In this document: positions 27,132 to 40,395 of the stretch, piece after piece
Layout: the number at the start of each line of letters is the position of its first letter
Position numbering within the stretch: position 1 is the stretch's first letter
Source of the DNA: Octopus vulgaris
Lineage: Eukaryota
Reading direction: 5' to 3'
Length of the DNA: 64,000 nucleotides
Assembly: GCA_951406725.2 (NCBI GenBank)
Contig: OX597825.1
Location: forward strand, 78,616,001 to 78,680,000
Translations under genes and position numbers: made by a program
Notes under the pieces: generated by a model
What the model was told of the DNA's origin: nothing
Database searches by the model: none
What the model saw: the letters and a program-made list of their open reading frames with translations, nothing else

Positions 27132-27506
27132 GGAGGCGGAATGGCCCAGTGGTTAGGGCAGCGGACTCGCGCTCGTAGGATCACGGTTTCGATTCCCAGA
27201 TTGGGCGTTGTGAGCGTTTATTGAGAGAAAACCCCTAGAACTCCACGAGACTCCGGCAGGGGGCGGTGAACTCTGATGTACTCTTTCACCACAACTTCCT
27301 CTCACTCTTTCTTCCTGTTTCTGCTGCACATGTATTTCAAAAGGTCAGCCTTGCCACACTCTGTGTCACGCTGAATCTCCCCGAGAACTACGTTAAGGGT
27401 ACACGTGGCTGTGGAGTGCTCAGCCACTTGTACGTTATTTTCACGAGCAGGCTATTCCGTTGATCGGATCAACTGGAACCTCGTCGTCGTAACCGACGGA
27501 GTGCCA
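27132..27506 (+). mobile_element. SINE family C (tRNA-like head)
   Basis: Head ggaggcggaatggcccagtggttagggcagcggactcgc...ggtttcgattccc (A and B boxes); tail ...ggaacctcgtcgtcgtaaccgacggagtgcc. Copies at 54592-54968 (-), 42977-43138 (-, head only), 17810-18080 (degenerate). Confidence 0.82.
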
Positions 27507-27913
27507 CGGCAGAATCGTTAGCACGCCGGGCAAAATACTTAACGGCATTTCGCCTGTCTTGACGTTCGGAGTTCAAATTCTGCCGAGGTTGACTTTACCT
27601 TTTATCCTTTCAGGGTCGATAAATTAAGTCGATGTAATTGATTTACCCATCCTCCCAAAATTGCTGGCCTTGTGCCAAAATTTGAAATCAATATATATCT
27701 CTTTTACTCTTTTATTTGTTTCAGTCATTTGACTCTGGCTATGCTGGAGCACTGCCTTTAGTCGAGCAAATCGACCCCAGGATATATTCTTTGAAAGCTT
27801 AGTACGTATTCTATCGGTCTCTTTTGCCGAACCGCTAAGTTACGGACACGTAAACAAACCAGCATCGGTTGTCAAGCGATGTTGGGAGGACAAACACAGA
27901 CACACAAACGTAT

Positions 27914-27944
<31 letters not shown>

Positions 27945-28323
27945 ATCAACTCACAAAGCTTTGGTCCGCCCGAGGCTACAGTAGAAGATACTTGCCCAAG
28001 GTACCACGCATTGGGACTGAACCCGGAACCATGCTGTTGGTAAGCAAGCTACTTACCACACAGCCACTCCTATGCCTATATAGATAAATATTTAAATGGG
28101 TTTTTTTAAGCCAAAATAATTCAAGTTATAAAAAATAATACAAGTTAATGGTTTTTTTACATATGTTTAACTTGTATTTCAATATTTTGGGTTTAAACCC
28201 ACTTCAGTAAATATCCAGAAAAAAACTGAAACAGAAAGCATACGTACAAACCATCGACTTTTATTTCTTAAAACTCGCATTCTTTTGATTTTAGAAAAAT
28301 TAAACATTTGCGTGCGTGTGTGC

Positions 28324-28355
<32 letters not shown>

Positions 28356-28851
28356 CGTAAATTATAGATATATGATATATCGTATATTGTAATGCTTTAG
28401 TCGATCCGATTCAACACTTTGGTATAATAGGAAATGTCTAAGGTACCGGACAGTCAGATCGAACTCTAAATCATGTAGTTAGAAAACGAACTTCAGAACC
28501 ACACCCTCGTCTCAGCATCCAGAATTGTTGCCAGAAAGTCAGCAAGAACCCTCGTGTTTTTTATTTATTTATTTTGCTATTGTTTTTGTTGAGTTTCTTT
28601 TGTTTTGTTGTTTATTTTCCAATTGAAACAGGGACGGCAATATCAGCTATAAAAACTAGATTGGTATACAGTGTGTGTGTGGTGTATGTACGGCGCGTGT
28701 GTCAATATGTGTGTGCATGTGTGTGTGTATGTGTGTGTGTGAGTGTGTGTGTGTATGTGTGTGTGAGTGTGTGTGTGTATGTGTGTGTGAGTGTGTGTGT
28801 GTATGTGTGTGTGTGTTATTGTATGTGTACCCGTGCATGGTGTGTGTGTCA

Positions 28852-28904
<53 letters not shown>

Positions 28905-29544
28905 TGTGTGTGTGTTTGAGGTAAAATATTTCTCCATTGTTATAATTGTTTCGTCAAAATAAAAGAAAATAGAGGAGCAGCAACAACGACGGCGACGTCG
29001 ACGAAAAAGGAGGAAGAGGAGGAAACGAAGAAGATGCGGAGGGGGGGAGGAGGAGAAGGAGGAGGGGGAGGAGGAGGGGGAGGAGGAAAATGTAGAAGAA
29101 AAAGAAGAAAAACTAAGAATGTATATTTTCTTTTACTAATTGTTAGTTTAAATAAAACTACTTCGATCTTTTATATCCCGTTTATCTGCGATATTCAATG
29201 TTTTTGTGGTCTCTTGTATAAACGATTATTTTTCTAAAGAAAAAAATCCCATTTGTTTATTTAATTATTTCAATCGTTATTGGTATTGGTATTGTTTTGT
29301 TTTGATTTTTAGAGGTTCTTTTTTTTTCTTTTTCTTTTGCTTTTTTTTTCTTGGTTTTGTTCAGTATTGTGATTACGGAAGTAACATATATTTACGCATT
29401 CTTTAAACATGGTGTACGGAAAAGGGTGGGTGAGAAATATTGTTTCTCATCACAGAAATGTTGTTACAGATAGGATTTTACTAACTCAGCGTTTATATAG
29501 TGTAACGAGACCCCAACTGAGATTTGAACCAGAGCTCTCAGAAG

Positions 29545-30543
29545 TCACTCCGTGAAATCTGAACTTCCTGAACTTCTGTGCTCAAGGTCTTCAGGTTTTA
29601 GCTCCTGCTCGTAATGGGGTTTCCACAGACGAAAATTCATTTCTTTATGCAACACCGTACGTATTGTGTATCGTGTTTGTCCACTTTCACGAGCTGCCTC
29701 ACGTGTTGATTTTTGTGGGCTGCGGATTAAGCCTTTCCTGCACTGTTGCCACGCTCCCCGCTGATCGGGATTTGGTTGGGCGTCCACCTCTTGCATCGTT
29801 CACAGAGCCCGTGGTCATCAGCTTTGCATAACAATGTTTTATTGTCTTCTGGACGTAGTGTTGCATGCTTACCTTTCCATGCATGCCACCATCTCTGAAA
29901 CAAAACAATGGAATTCCACACTTCATAGCGTGCTGCTATCTTAGAACAGTCAAGCGAACCGGCCATCTGGAAAAATAAGAAATAAGAAAATAAGAAAATA
30001 AGAAATCCTCATTAGTTTTATCTTTTTACTCTTTTACTCTTTTACTTGTTTCAGTCATTTGACTACGGCCATGCTGGAGCACCGCCTTTAGTCGAGCAAA
30101 TCGACCCCGGGACTTATTCTTTGTAAGCCCAGTACTTATTCTATCGGTCTCTTTTGCCGAACCGCTAAGTTACGGGGACGTAAACATACCACCATCGGTT
30201 GTCAAGCAATGCTACACAACACAGACACACACACACACAGACACACAGACATATACACACACATATATATATATACATATAAACGACAGGCTTCTTTCAG
30301 TTTCCGTCTACCAAATCCACTCACAAGGCTTTGGTCGGCCCGAGGCTATAGCAGAAGACACTTGCCCAAGATGCCGACGTAGTGGGACTGAACCCGGAAC
30401 CATGTGGTTGGTTAGCAAGCTACTTACCACACAGCCACTCCTGCGCCTGTTGTCTGTTTAAAATATTGTTTCCGTCATGACTTCAGCGATACTAAAAATT
30501 CTATTAGCAATTTCTAATGCCTAGTTGCTTTCCACCCACCCTG
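29545..30543 (-). mobile_element. Truncated, frameshifted Tc1/mariner element (N-terminal transposase) interrupted by a SINE
   Basis: Overlapping minus-strand frames give MAGSLDCSKIAARYEVWNSIVLFQRWW / KLMTTGSVNDARGGRP / RSPQKSTREAARESGQTRYTIRTVLHKEMNFRLWKPHYEQELKPED (HTH region). TIR TA|CAGGGTGGG ends at 30543. Confidence 0.75.
30022..30448 (-). mobile_element. CORE-type tRNA-derived SINE (family B, OR2-like), full length
   Basis: Head aggcgcaggagtggctgtgtggtaag (A box) and ggttcagtccc (B box), CORE-like ttgggcaagtgtcttc, internal microsatellite, (gtaaaaga)n tail. Other copies at about 4990-5150, 6495-6745, 12075-12685, 25680-26512, 27695-28077, 31590-31760, 45905-46062. Confidence 0.85.
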
Positions 30544-30819
30544 TACATTCTGAGCCGCTTGCACTCCCTTCATTGTTTTAGCTTCACAGGGCATCAAGTT
30601 CGGCTTCACTTTTACGCCAAGCTAATTTCTCTTTAATATCGACCTCCTCTACCGCTGTTGATTTTATCATTTGCCTCTTCTTAGATTTCCATCAACCTCT
30701 GTGGAGCCAACTTTTGCATTTTAGACATTGCGACCTGCTTTAGACACCAGAGAACATGAAAGCAAAGAGATATATATTTATAACATAGATTCACCCCCAA
30801 ATCAAAAAACAGCACTTGT

Positions 30820-30835
30820 AATAATAATAATAATA

Positions 30836-30869
<34 letters not shown>

Positions 30870-30870
30870 C

Positions 30871-30914
<44 letters not shown>

Positions 30915-31077
30915 CGACGATGAGGATGAGGATGATGAGGAGCAGGAGGAGGAGGATGATGATGATGACGACGACGACGACGACGACGATGACGATGATG
31001 ATGACGATGACGATGACGATGATGACGATGACGATGACGATGACGATGATGATGATGATGATGATGATGACGACGAC

Positions 31078-31109
<32 letters not shown>

Positions 31110-31116
31110 TGATGAT

Positions 31117-31148
<32 letters not shown>

Positions 31149-31185
31149 TGATGATGATGATGATGATGACGACGACGACGACAGC

Positions 31186-31219
<34 letters not shown>
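30820..31219. repeat. (GAT/GAC)n trinucleotide microsatellite
   Basis: Direct reading. Confidence 0.95.
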
Positions 31220-31221
<2 letters not shown>

Positions 31222-32240
31222 TAGAAACTTGCAGGAGTTTAAAAAGTTAATAAGGACATTAAAAATCTTCGGTGGAATATTGAATCATAAAACCTGATAG
31301 TTTGGATTATCTGGTGTTTTAAATAAAGCAGGGGTCATATTGACCCCATTGTACCAGTTAAAGATTAACATCATATATTGTGGTATTATTATATTAATAG
31401 GTCTGTAAGGGTGGCACGGGAGACAAAATGTTGAGCAGTAATTAATTTCGTTGGTTATTTCGTAACTAATTTCGAGTTCGAATCCTTTTATGCCACCATT
31501 TGTCTACGGGAAATATTGATTATATTCGGTCCAATGGCCTGCAACTATTCCAACACATCGTTTGTGTGTATAAATATAAATTATGCAATAGTGTGTGTGT
31601 AAGTGTCTATGTCTGTGTTTATCCCACCTCCACTGCTTGACAATCGGTGCTGGTGTGTTTACGTCCCGGTAACTTAGCGGTTCGGCAAAATAGGCTGATA
31701 GAATAAGTGCCGGGCTTTCTAAAATTAAGTACTGGAGTCGATACATTCGACTAAAAATTCTGGTGGTGGTGGTGGTGGTGGTGGTGGTGCAACTGCTGTT
31801 GTTGTTGTTGTTGTTGTTGTTGTTTTGGTGGTGGTGGTGGTGGTGGTGTGCTACTGCTGCTGCTACTGCTGCTGCTGCTGGTGCTGGTGATGAGTATAAT
31901 GGCAGAGTTAAATTACAAAGGCTTTCCAAACAAGCGTAAAACCAGACGTTACTCGTCATATTGACATTTTCTCTGCAAACGTAATCTTTTTAAATGACTG
32001 AAAAACGTTTCCTTCTTATCTTGATTTCTTTACTTCCCAAAATTTTTCCGTAATTTTACTTAAGTTTCTGCAATCTTGTATGCTTTGTGCTTAATCCTCA
32101 TTCAATTTGTTTTTTTTCATTCGTTATTTTCATTGACATATTTTCATTCATTGTTTTTATCTTTATCGATTTCTATTTGCAGATATTGGAATCTGCACAA
32201 AGGCTTTTGTGCTTTTCTGATATATGAGAATATATACAGA

Positions 32241-32637
32241 ATGAGGTATCCAAAATGGCGAAATACCTTTCTACTGCTGGTGATTTCGCTGGCCATTATG
32301 GCATCGTTGGTCAACGGAAGAAGGCGGAAAAACAGAAACAGGAAACGAAGCTCAAATTCAAGATATATGAGTGACTTTGCAGTCCGTAGAAACTTCGTTA
32401 TTGTCTCGGGTGACATTTATTTTGGAGCGTTAATACAAATTCACAATGGTGGAAGAAATGACATTTGTGGGAATTTATCTCATACGGCTATACTGGAACT
32501 TGAAGCTCTGCTATATACAGTGGAAATGATAAATATTCATACATCTTTACTGCCGGGCATCAAATTGGGGGTTTATGTACGAGACACGTGTGCAGACCCG
32601 GATCATGCTTTAAAACAAGCCTTAACCATTATGGAGG
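32241..32637 (+). CDS. mGluR-like class C GPCR, first coding exon (signal peptide and start of Venus-flytrap domain)
   Basis: ATG 32241 opens MRYPKWRNTFLLLVISLAIMASLVNG (signal-peptide-like), then VSGDIYFGALIQIH..DICG..LEALLYTVEMIN..LLPGIKLGVYVRDTC, matching the mGluR pattern GD-x-x-x-G-L-F-x-x-H...C...EAM...IN...LLP-x-I-x-LG...DTC. Acceptor ttctatttgcag ends at 32182 (exon starts 32183 in the 5'UTR). Donor G|GTAAGT after 32637 (phase 1). Confidence 0.92.
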
Positions 32638-32983
32638 GTAAGTAATATAACCATTTTATTTTTCTTCTAGATATAATTAATGAAAATGTTGCTTCTTATT
32701 ACGTTCTGTGTTTTCTAGGTATTATTAGTAAGAGGAAGGAAGGAGCGAGCTGGCAGAATCGTTAGCACCCCGGGTAAAAATACTTATCAGCATTTCATCC
32801 GCTTTTACATTCTGGACTCAAATTCCGCCGAGGTCGATTTTGTCCTTCATTCATTCGAGCTCGATGAAATAAATCCCAGTCAAGTACTTCCCTTCCCCTT
32901 ATAATTGCAGGCCTTGAGTTAAAACTAGAAAGACTAATTAGTAAGACAGAACAGAAGAAGAAATCTTCGTAACTTTTACAGAT

Positions 32984-33530
32984 AGGAGTGGCTGTGTGGT
33001 AAGTAGCTTCCTTACCAACCACATGGTTCCGGGTTCATTCCCACTGCATGGCACCTTGGGCAAGTGTCTTCTACTATAGCCTCAGGGCCACCAAAGCCTT
33101 GTGAGTGGTTTTTGTAGACGAAACTGAAAGAAACCCATAGAATATATGTGTATATGTATATGTGCGTGTTTGTATGTGTGTGTGTCTATGTTTCCCCCCC
33201 CCCCCAACATCGCTTGACAACCGATGCTGGTGTGCTTACGTCCCCATACATTAGCGGTTCAGCAAAAGAGACCGATAGAATAAGTACTAGGATTACAAAG
33301 AATAAGTCCTGGGGTCGATTTGCTCTAATAAAGGCGGTGCTCCAGCATGGCCAAAGTCACATGACTGAAACAAGTAAAAGAGTATAAGAGAGTATACTCT
33401 TGCAGCTCGGCAAAAGAGACCGATAGAATAAGTACTGGGCTTACAAAGAATAATCCTGGAGTCGATTTGTTCGACTACAGGCGGTGCCCTAGTATGGTTG
33501 CAGTCAAATGACTGAAACAAGTAAAAGAAA
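32984..33530 (+). mobile_element. SINE family B with duplicated 3' tail
   Basis: Collinear with family B; tail segment repeated at 33408-33527. Confidence 0.8.
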
Positions 33531-34134
33531 AAAATATAGTTCATATGTACAAAATCCAGAAGACAGAGACAGGTGAGGGAACAACGCACAAGGTGTATTA
33601 GTTTGACGCTCAGAGAAAAATGGAAAAAATTTTGACGCTTGAAGTCTACGCTCTTCGACAGAAAGGAATGAGGAAAGAAACGGACAGAGAGAAAAAATTG
33701 TATCTGGATTGACAGTTTCACACGTCAAATTGAGTGGAAGGAAGTGATTGAATGGAAAGGGAGATAACAATAACACGACTAAAGTGTGTGCGTAAACGCG
33801 TGTGTGTATGGGAGGATGGTATGTGTGAGTGTATATCTGCGTATGGGCGAGCGCGTGTGCATGTATGTGTGCGCAAGTATAAGATTATGTAAGGGAGCGT
33901 GTGTGTGTGTGTGAATGTGTTAGTAAACAAGTACGTTCGCTGTATTCATGTGTGCATACGTGTATTCATGTGTGCATACGTGTGGACATGTGTATATGTG
34001 TGAGGCTATCAGATATGTGTGTGTGTGTGTGTGTGTGCGTGTGTGTGCGTGTGTGTGTGTGTGCGTGTGTGTGTGTGAGAGAGACACTGTTGTGTGCGTG
34101 TATATTACGTGGTTATGCATAAATACTCTTTTCT

Positions 34135-34503
34135 AGGCACAAGGCCCAAAATTTTGGGGGAAAGGGCCAGTTGATTAGATCGACCCCAGAACACAACTGG
34201 TACTTAATTCATCGACCCCGTAAGGATGAAAGGCAAAGTCGACCTCGGTGAAAATTTGAACTCAGACGAAATACCGATTTCTTTACTACCCACAAGGGGC
34301 TAAACACAGAGAGGACAAACAAGGACAGACAAACGGATTAAGTCGGATATATCGACCCCAGTGCGTAACTGGTACTTAATTTATCGACCCCGAAAGGATG
34401 AAAGGCAAAGTCGACCTCGGCGGAATTTGAACTCAGAACGTAGCGGCAGACGAAATACCGCTAAGGATTTTGCCCGACGTCCTAACGATTCTGCCAGCTC
34501 GCC
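34135..34503 (-). mobile_element. SINE family A, dimeric
   Basis: Two tandem family-A bodies in reverse orientation. Confidence 0.8.
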
Positions 34504-35298
34504 AACTTTTTATGTGTAAATATTGTGTGTTTATGCGTACGTGTGTATATATATATGGGCTTGCGTGTATGTATGTAAGCTGTTACCAGTTGGTGTATGG
34601 GGGGGAGGGCTGTTGAATATATTTTGTGTGTATGTGTATGCGTATGTGTGTATGAGTGTGTGTGTGTGTGTGAGGAGTTGATATGTGCGTAATATTGCGT
34701 TTGACCATATGTGTAAGGGCGCATGTATGTATATGTAACGCTATCTGACGTATGCACATATATGTTGCGGGAGGTGCCTGGATGTTTGAGGTGGAATAGG
34801 GGTGATGAGGGGAAGGGTTGGGAGGTGTTGGGTGCTGGTGTGAGGGGAGTGGGAAGAAGCGTGCGTGAGTGCGTGTGCATTTGGTGTGTGTGTAGAGACG
34901 ATGTGTTAGGGCAGAGAAGGAGGGGAAACGGAAGGTGGGAAGTGTGTGTTGTGTGTAAATATCTTTGTGGTGGGGGGTTTGCTTTTGAGACACCTGAAAT
35001 TAAGTTCCCTCACCTGTATCTGTCTTTTGTCTTTTGTACATTTGCTCACGTGGTCACCCCACTTTGATCCGGGCTGACCTGGACTTCTTCCCTTGGACCT
35101 TCATCTCTCATACCTTCTTCTCGGACCTGTGTTACCTCTCTTGAGCCACTTTGCCATCACTCCAGCCGGATTACCATTGGAACTTTACATTTCTCGGACT
35201 CTACCATCATGGATTTTACTGTACACTGTTGTTGGTTAATTTATGTGTGTGTGTGTAGGTGTGTGTGTGTAGGTGTGTGTGTGTAGGTGTGTGTGTGT

Positions 35299-35725
35299 AG
35301 GCGCAGGAGTGGCTGTGTGGTAAGTAGCTTGCTTACCAACCACATGGTTCTGGGTTCCAGCTCACTATGTAGCACCTTGGGCAAGTGTCTTCTACTACAG
35401 CTTCGGGTCGACCAAAGCCTTATGAATGGATTTGGTAGATGGAAACTGAAAGAAGCCCGTCATATACATACATATATATGTGTGTGTGTATGTATGTATC
35501 TGTGCATGTATGTATCTGTGCGTGTGTTTGTGTTTGTCCCCCACCATCACTTGACAACCGATGCTGGTGTGTTTATGTTCTCGTAACTTAGCGGGTGAGC
35601 CAAAAATAGAATAAGTACTAGGCTTACAAAGAATAAGTCCTGGGGTCGATTTCTTCGACTAACACCCTTTAAGGCGGTGTTCTAGCATGGCCGCATTTAA
35701 ATGACTGAAACAAGTAAAAGAATAA
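35299..35725 (+). mobile_element. SINE family B, full length
   Basis: aggcgcaggagtggctgtgtggtaagtag ... aatgactgaaacaagtaaaagaata. Confidence 0.85.
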
Positions 35726-35742
35726 ATAAATAAATATATATA

Positions 35743-35778
<36 letters not shown>

Positions 35779-36438
35779 TGTATGTATGTACGTATGTATA
35801 TGAGAGAGAGGTGTGTGTGTGTGTCTCTTTGCATATGTTTGTATGTACGTATGTATTTATGTATGTATTTATGTATGTACGTATGTGAGTACGAATGTTG
35901 TTGTCAGCTCTTTCATGCGTCCGCGAATTTCAATTTCCTTCTGATTAAATGGTTCAGCCATGTTAAATGTCGTTGATAATTGAGAAAGAAGCAAAGAAAA
36001 GATGGTGGACGTCGTAGTTGTTGTTGTTGTTCTTGCTGTACGTTGCGTCTTTTACGTTTTTCTTGAACATCATTATCGGTTTTGCTTCTTTTCTTTGAAA
36101 ATGTTTAGTTCTGCAGCTGATGGTATGACGCCAGCTGGAGTAGTTCTACGCTTCAATTTCCCACGTTTTCTTTCACATCTCTCCATTTTCAAGGTTGATT
36201 TTTAGCTCTTCTTTTTAATAATTAAGGTAGCGAGTTGACAGAGTCGTCACCACGTCGGGCGAAATGCTTAACGGCATTTCGTCCGCTTGTACGCTCTGAG
36301 GTCAAATTCCGACGAGGTGGACTTCGGCTTCCATCCTTTCGGGATCGATAGAATAAGCACTAGTTGAGTGCTGAGATCGATGTAATCGACTTAATATCTA
36401 CTCCGAAATTGCTGGCCTTGTGCCAAAACTTGAAGCCA

Positions 36439-36791
36439 TTATACCGCTAAGGCAGAGGTATTGTTTTCATTTGTTTGTTTGTCCATGGACAAGATATCTC
36501 ATGAACCGCTGGATGGATTCGGATAAAACTTTCAGGGATGTTTGGCCTCGTGACTGGCACGAACTGATTAGATTTTGGGGTCGATCCGGTACCGGACAAG
36601 GATTCTAGATTATTTTTCTTGTTTTTATTTTTTACTTAATTTTTTAGAACAATCGGGTTCATTTTTAGTTTTTCATTTGTGAGAGCAGTTGAGTTTATTT
36701 CAGCTTTTCTCATTTTAAAAATCATCTCTAGCCTAATCGTTGAGAGGATGTTGGTGTTGCCTTGGCGGAGGTTTGCGCTCTCTGAGTGCTC

Positions 36792-36796
<5 letters not shown>
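36439..36796 (+). mobile_element. Helentron-associated non-autonomous element (HINE/DINE-1-like)
   Basis: Subterminal inverted repeat ccgctaaggca (36444) and tgccttggcgg (36758-36768), short gttt/gtcc repeat near the 5' end, 3' hairpin gcgctctctgagtgc. Confidence 0.65.
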
Positions 36797-36867
<71 letters not shown>

Positions 36868-37075
36868 CATTATTATTATTATCCCTTCTTTTTCAGTGTA
36901 TACCGTGTCTACTTCCTTTTTTTTATCATTTCATTATATCTCAACCCCCACACTTTGTGTCTATCTTTATATTGTCCCCCAAATCCTTCGCCCTTGTGGC
37001 AAATAAATGAAATCATTATTATTAGTAGTAGTGGTAGCAGCAGCAGTAGTGGTGGTGGTGGTGGTGGTGGTGGTG

Positions 37076-37134
<59 letters not shown>

Positions 37135-37159
37135 GGTGGTGGTGGTGGTGGTGGTGGTG

Positions 37160-37221
<62 letters not shown>

Positions 37222-37734
37222 CTTATTATTATTGCATGCTGTCTCAGCAGTACCCAATGCAGCTGCGTATGTCTTGGTTATGAAAGATGTCTTGTTTTGC
37301 TTTTCTTCACGATATTGAATTACCCATCGTTATGTGTGTGCAGTACCTAGCAATACCATTTCTGTGTGGTATTCATATTTATAAGTCCTGAGATTTTGAT
37401 CGTGTATTTACCTCAATCTCAAAGCAACTGTTATAATAGGGATTGTTTCCGTTTTCAGGCCCACACATTCGGATTATCTCCATTTCCAGAACTTTATATT
37501 TAGATAATTTCTCCATCACTTTAAGAGATACATTAATATCTATTGAGACTAATACATTGATTGAGAGGCATTGCCTTTTGCGATAGTCTTTGACGACAAT
37601 ATCCGGTCAATTAGCCTTGATTTCACTTTTTTTGGATCAGTATACCTCACACAATGGTTACCTTATCATTCTCAGAGACTTTTTTTCTGGTGTCTGCCTA
37701 CACAATCACACTTGTGTTAGTAGTATTCTCTTTC

Positions 37735-37960
37735 TCTTTACTCTACTCTTTTACTTGTTTCAGTCATTTGACAGCGGCCATGCTGGAGCACCGCCTTTAG
37801 TCTAGCAAATCGACCACAGGACTTGTTCTTTGGAAGCCTAGTACTTATTCGATCGGTCTCTTTTGCTGAACCGCTACGTTACGGGCCCGTAAACACACCA
37901 GCATCGGTTGTCAAGCGATGTTGGGAGGACAAATACAGACACACAAACATATACACACAG

Positions 37961-38032
<72 letters not shown>

Positions 38033-38192
38033 GACGGGCTTCTTTCAGTTTCCGTGTACCAAATCCACTCAAAAGGCTTTGGTCGGCCCGAGGCTATAGT
38101 AGAAGACACTTGCCCAAGGTGTCACGCAGTGGGACTGAACCCAGAACTATGTGATTCTAAGCACGCTACTTACCACACAGCCACTCCTACGC
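37735..38192 (-). mobile_element. SINE family B, full length
   Basis: Reverse-complement copy with internal (TA)n. Confidence 0.85.
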
Positions 38193-38324
38193 CTATATTA
38201 TGTATTACGTAATTTTAACACAACTTCCAGTGTAAGTGCCATATTTCTCATATCTATAGGTGTCTACTTTCTTGACTAAAGATGAAGCATCCAGAGTAAA
38301 TATGGTTCTTCCCCATCTCCACAT

Positions 38325-38445
38325 ATGAGGTTGTTGATTGAAGATATTGTGTCTACCGTAAGTTGTACAGTCAAGTCACAACAAGGACCTCAGACAGACA
38401 GTACTTTACGCAATATGTGTGCAGTTCCAAGTAATGCCGACTTGC
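38325..38445 (-). mobile_element. R4/Dong 3'-end fragment
   Basis: Matches parts of 39089-39265 (atgaggttgttgattgaagatat; caagtcacaacaaggacctcagacagacagtactttacgcaatatgt). Confidence 0.65.
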
Positions 38446-38774
38446 GTTTTCTGCTTAACTGTACGCTTTTGATGTCATCCGGCAGGGAGGCTTTGGTGCT
38501 GTGTTGCAATCAAGAATCTTCCAGTTTCTGATTTGAGTCCTGTGCTTCTCAGTCGGTCTTTTCGTTTTTCTCTAATTTTGGCAATGGAAAAGTATTTTTA
38601 CTCGTCATTGTTTTACCAGGGAATTTTTGCCGTCCCGACTTTTAGTTTTGATCGTAACAATTTCCCCATTACTTGTTGTTATTTCATCATTTTTCTTCAA
38701 AGTTATCCTTTGAAGACAGAAAATACTAATGTTATACTCTAATGTTTTGGGACCGTGTTGACACTAAAAGAAAC

Positions 38775-39061
<287 letters not shown>

Positions 39062-39062
<1 letters not shown>

Positions 39063-40395
39063 TATAGCCGTCATACAGTATACAATATCATGAGGTTGTT
39101 GATTGAAGATATCAAGGCACGACACAGCTTGACATGTTATTCTATCTATTCGTACTCAACAATAAATGTCTACCGGGGGCTTTTACTGTTTCTCAAGTCA
39201 CAACAAGAACCTCAGACAGACAGTACTTTACGCAATATGTATGCAGTTCTAAGTAATGCCGACTTTTGCAATACATCTAGATTGTAAGGTATCTCTAAGG
39301 TTTTCAGATGTTTGTTTTTTTCAGATTGGGTGGTATTGAACCCAATGCTCCAATGACAATAGGGATAACCTTTGCGTCCCACTTCTGTAGCTGCCACATC
39401 TTAGCGACCTCAATTCTCAGATCTCCATATTTATCAACTTTTTCTCTTTCTTTCATGATGATGTGTTGATCTCCTGGCACTGCTACGTCGATTATTAGGC
39501 ACTCTTGTTTGTCCCTCCTAAAGGTTACTATATCTGGCCTTCGCTGCTCTAACACTTTGTCTGTTTGGGAATCAAAGTCCCAAAGGATTTTTTCCTTCCT
39601 CTTTCCGTCCATCACCTTTTCCGGTGTATGTTGGTACCAAGCACCCATAACCTCATATCCATACTTACAGCATAAGCAGCCGGTGGAGGTTTTGGGCTAC
39701 TTTATCATGTCTATGCTTCTACTCTTTCTGCGCAAGACTTTCACAAACACTATCAATGTGAGTCACGCTTTCGACCCTCTTCCCACACATTCTACAGAGG
39801 TCCGAAGCACTTGTGTGGTATATATTCATTTTCACTGAGTTGGTATTCAATGCCTGATCGTGGGCAGCGATTATTAGGCTTTCAGTATTCTTTTTTAAGT
39901 CACCATTCTGAAGTCACCTCCAAATTGTTTGCGCTTCTTCATGACAGAATGAAGCTTCTTACGTCTCTCGTGGTTTTCAACGAGTTTTAGCCTGTCGTTA
40001 GATGTTTCAAGATATTTGGCCAGTCCAGTTGTGATGGTTTTGTAAGAGATTTCAAATTGAATCAGGCCTCAACCTCCTTGTGCTCTGGGAAGGTAAAGAC
40101 GATCTGTATCTGCCTTTAGGTGGTGCATCCTATTGCAAGTCAAAAGTTTACGGAATTTCCCGTCAATTTTCTTTGTTTCGCTGATATTTCAGTTCAACAC
40201 ATTAAAACTATAAATAACAACCTGAACTGCAAAGGAATTTATGGCGAACACCTTGTTACATGCACTTAACTCAGATTTCAGGGCTGCTCGAACTTCCCTG
40301 TAACATTCCTTTCAGATCTTCTCTTTCATGCTTGCATGCTGAATGTCAGAGCCCTCATTTATTCCGGGGTATTTGTAAGTTTGTTCCTGCTCGTT
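39062..40395 (-). mobile_element. 5'-truncated R4/Dong-clade (RLE) non-LTR retrotransposon with decayed ORF
   Basis: Minus-strand peptides ILWDFDSQTDKVLEQRRPDIV...LIIDVAVPGD...EREKVDKYGDL..VIPIVIGALGSIP (PD-(D/E)xK endonuclease) and LQKSALLRTAYILRKVLSV*. The 3'UTR runs into a (TAA/TGA)n tract. Frameshifts present. Confidence 0.88.

Noticed and set aside
27132-27205. tRNA gene
   Set aside because: tRNA-like head continues into a multicopy SINE body, and other copies have TSDs; no clean cloverleaf or terminator.
30728-31297. Poly-Met/Thr ORF
   Set aside because: (GAT/GAC)n microsatellite.
32076-32240. N-terminal extension of the 189-aa ORF
   Set aside because: Begins at a non-ATG codon and crosses the acceptor at 32182; the signal peptide follows ATG 32241.
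36679-37350. Poly-Tyr/Gly/Ser ORF of 223 aa
   Set aside because: Compound (TTA)n, (GGT)n and (AGT)n repeats next to transposon fragments.
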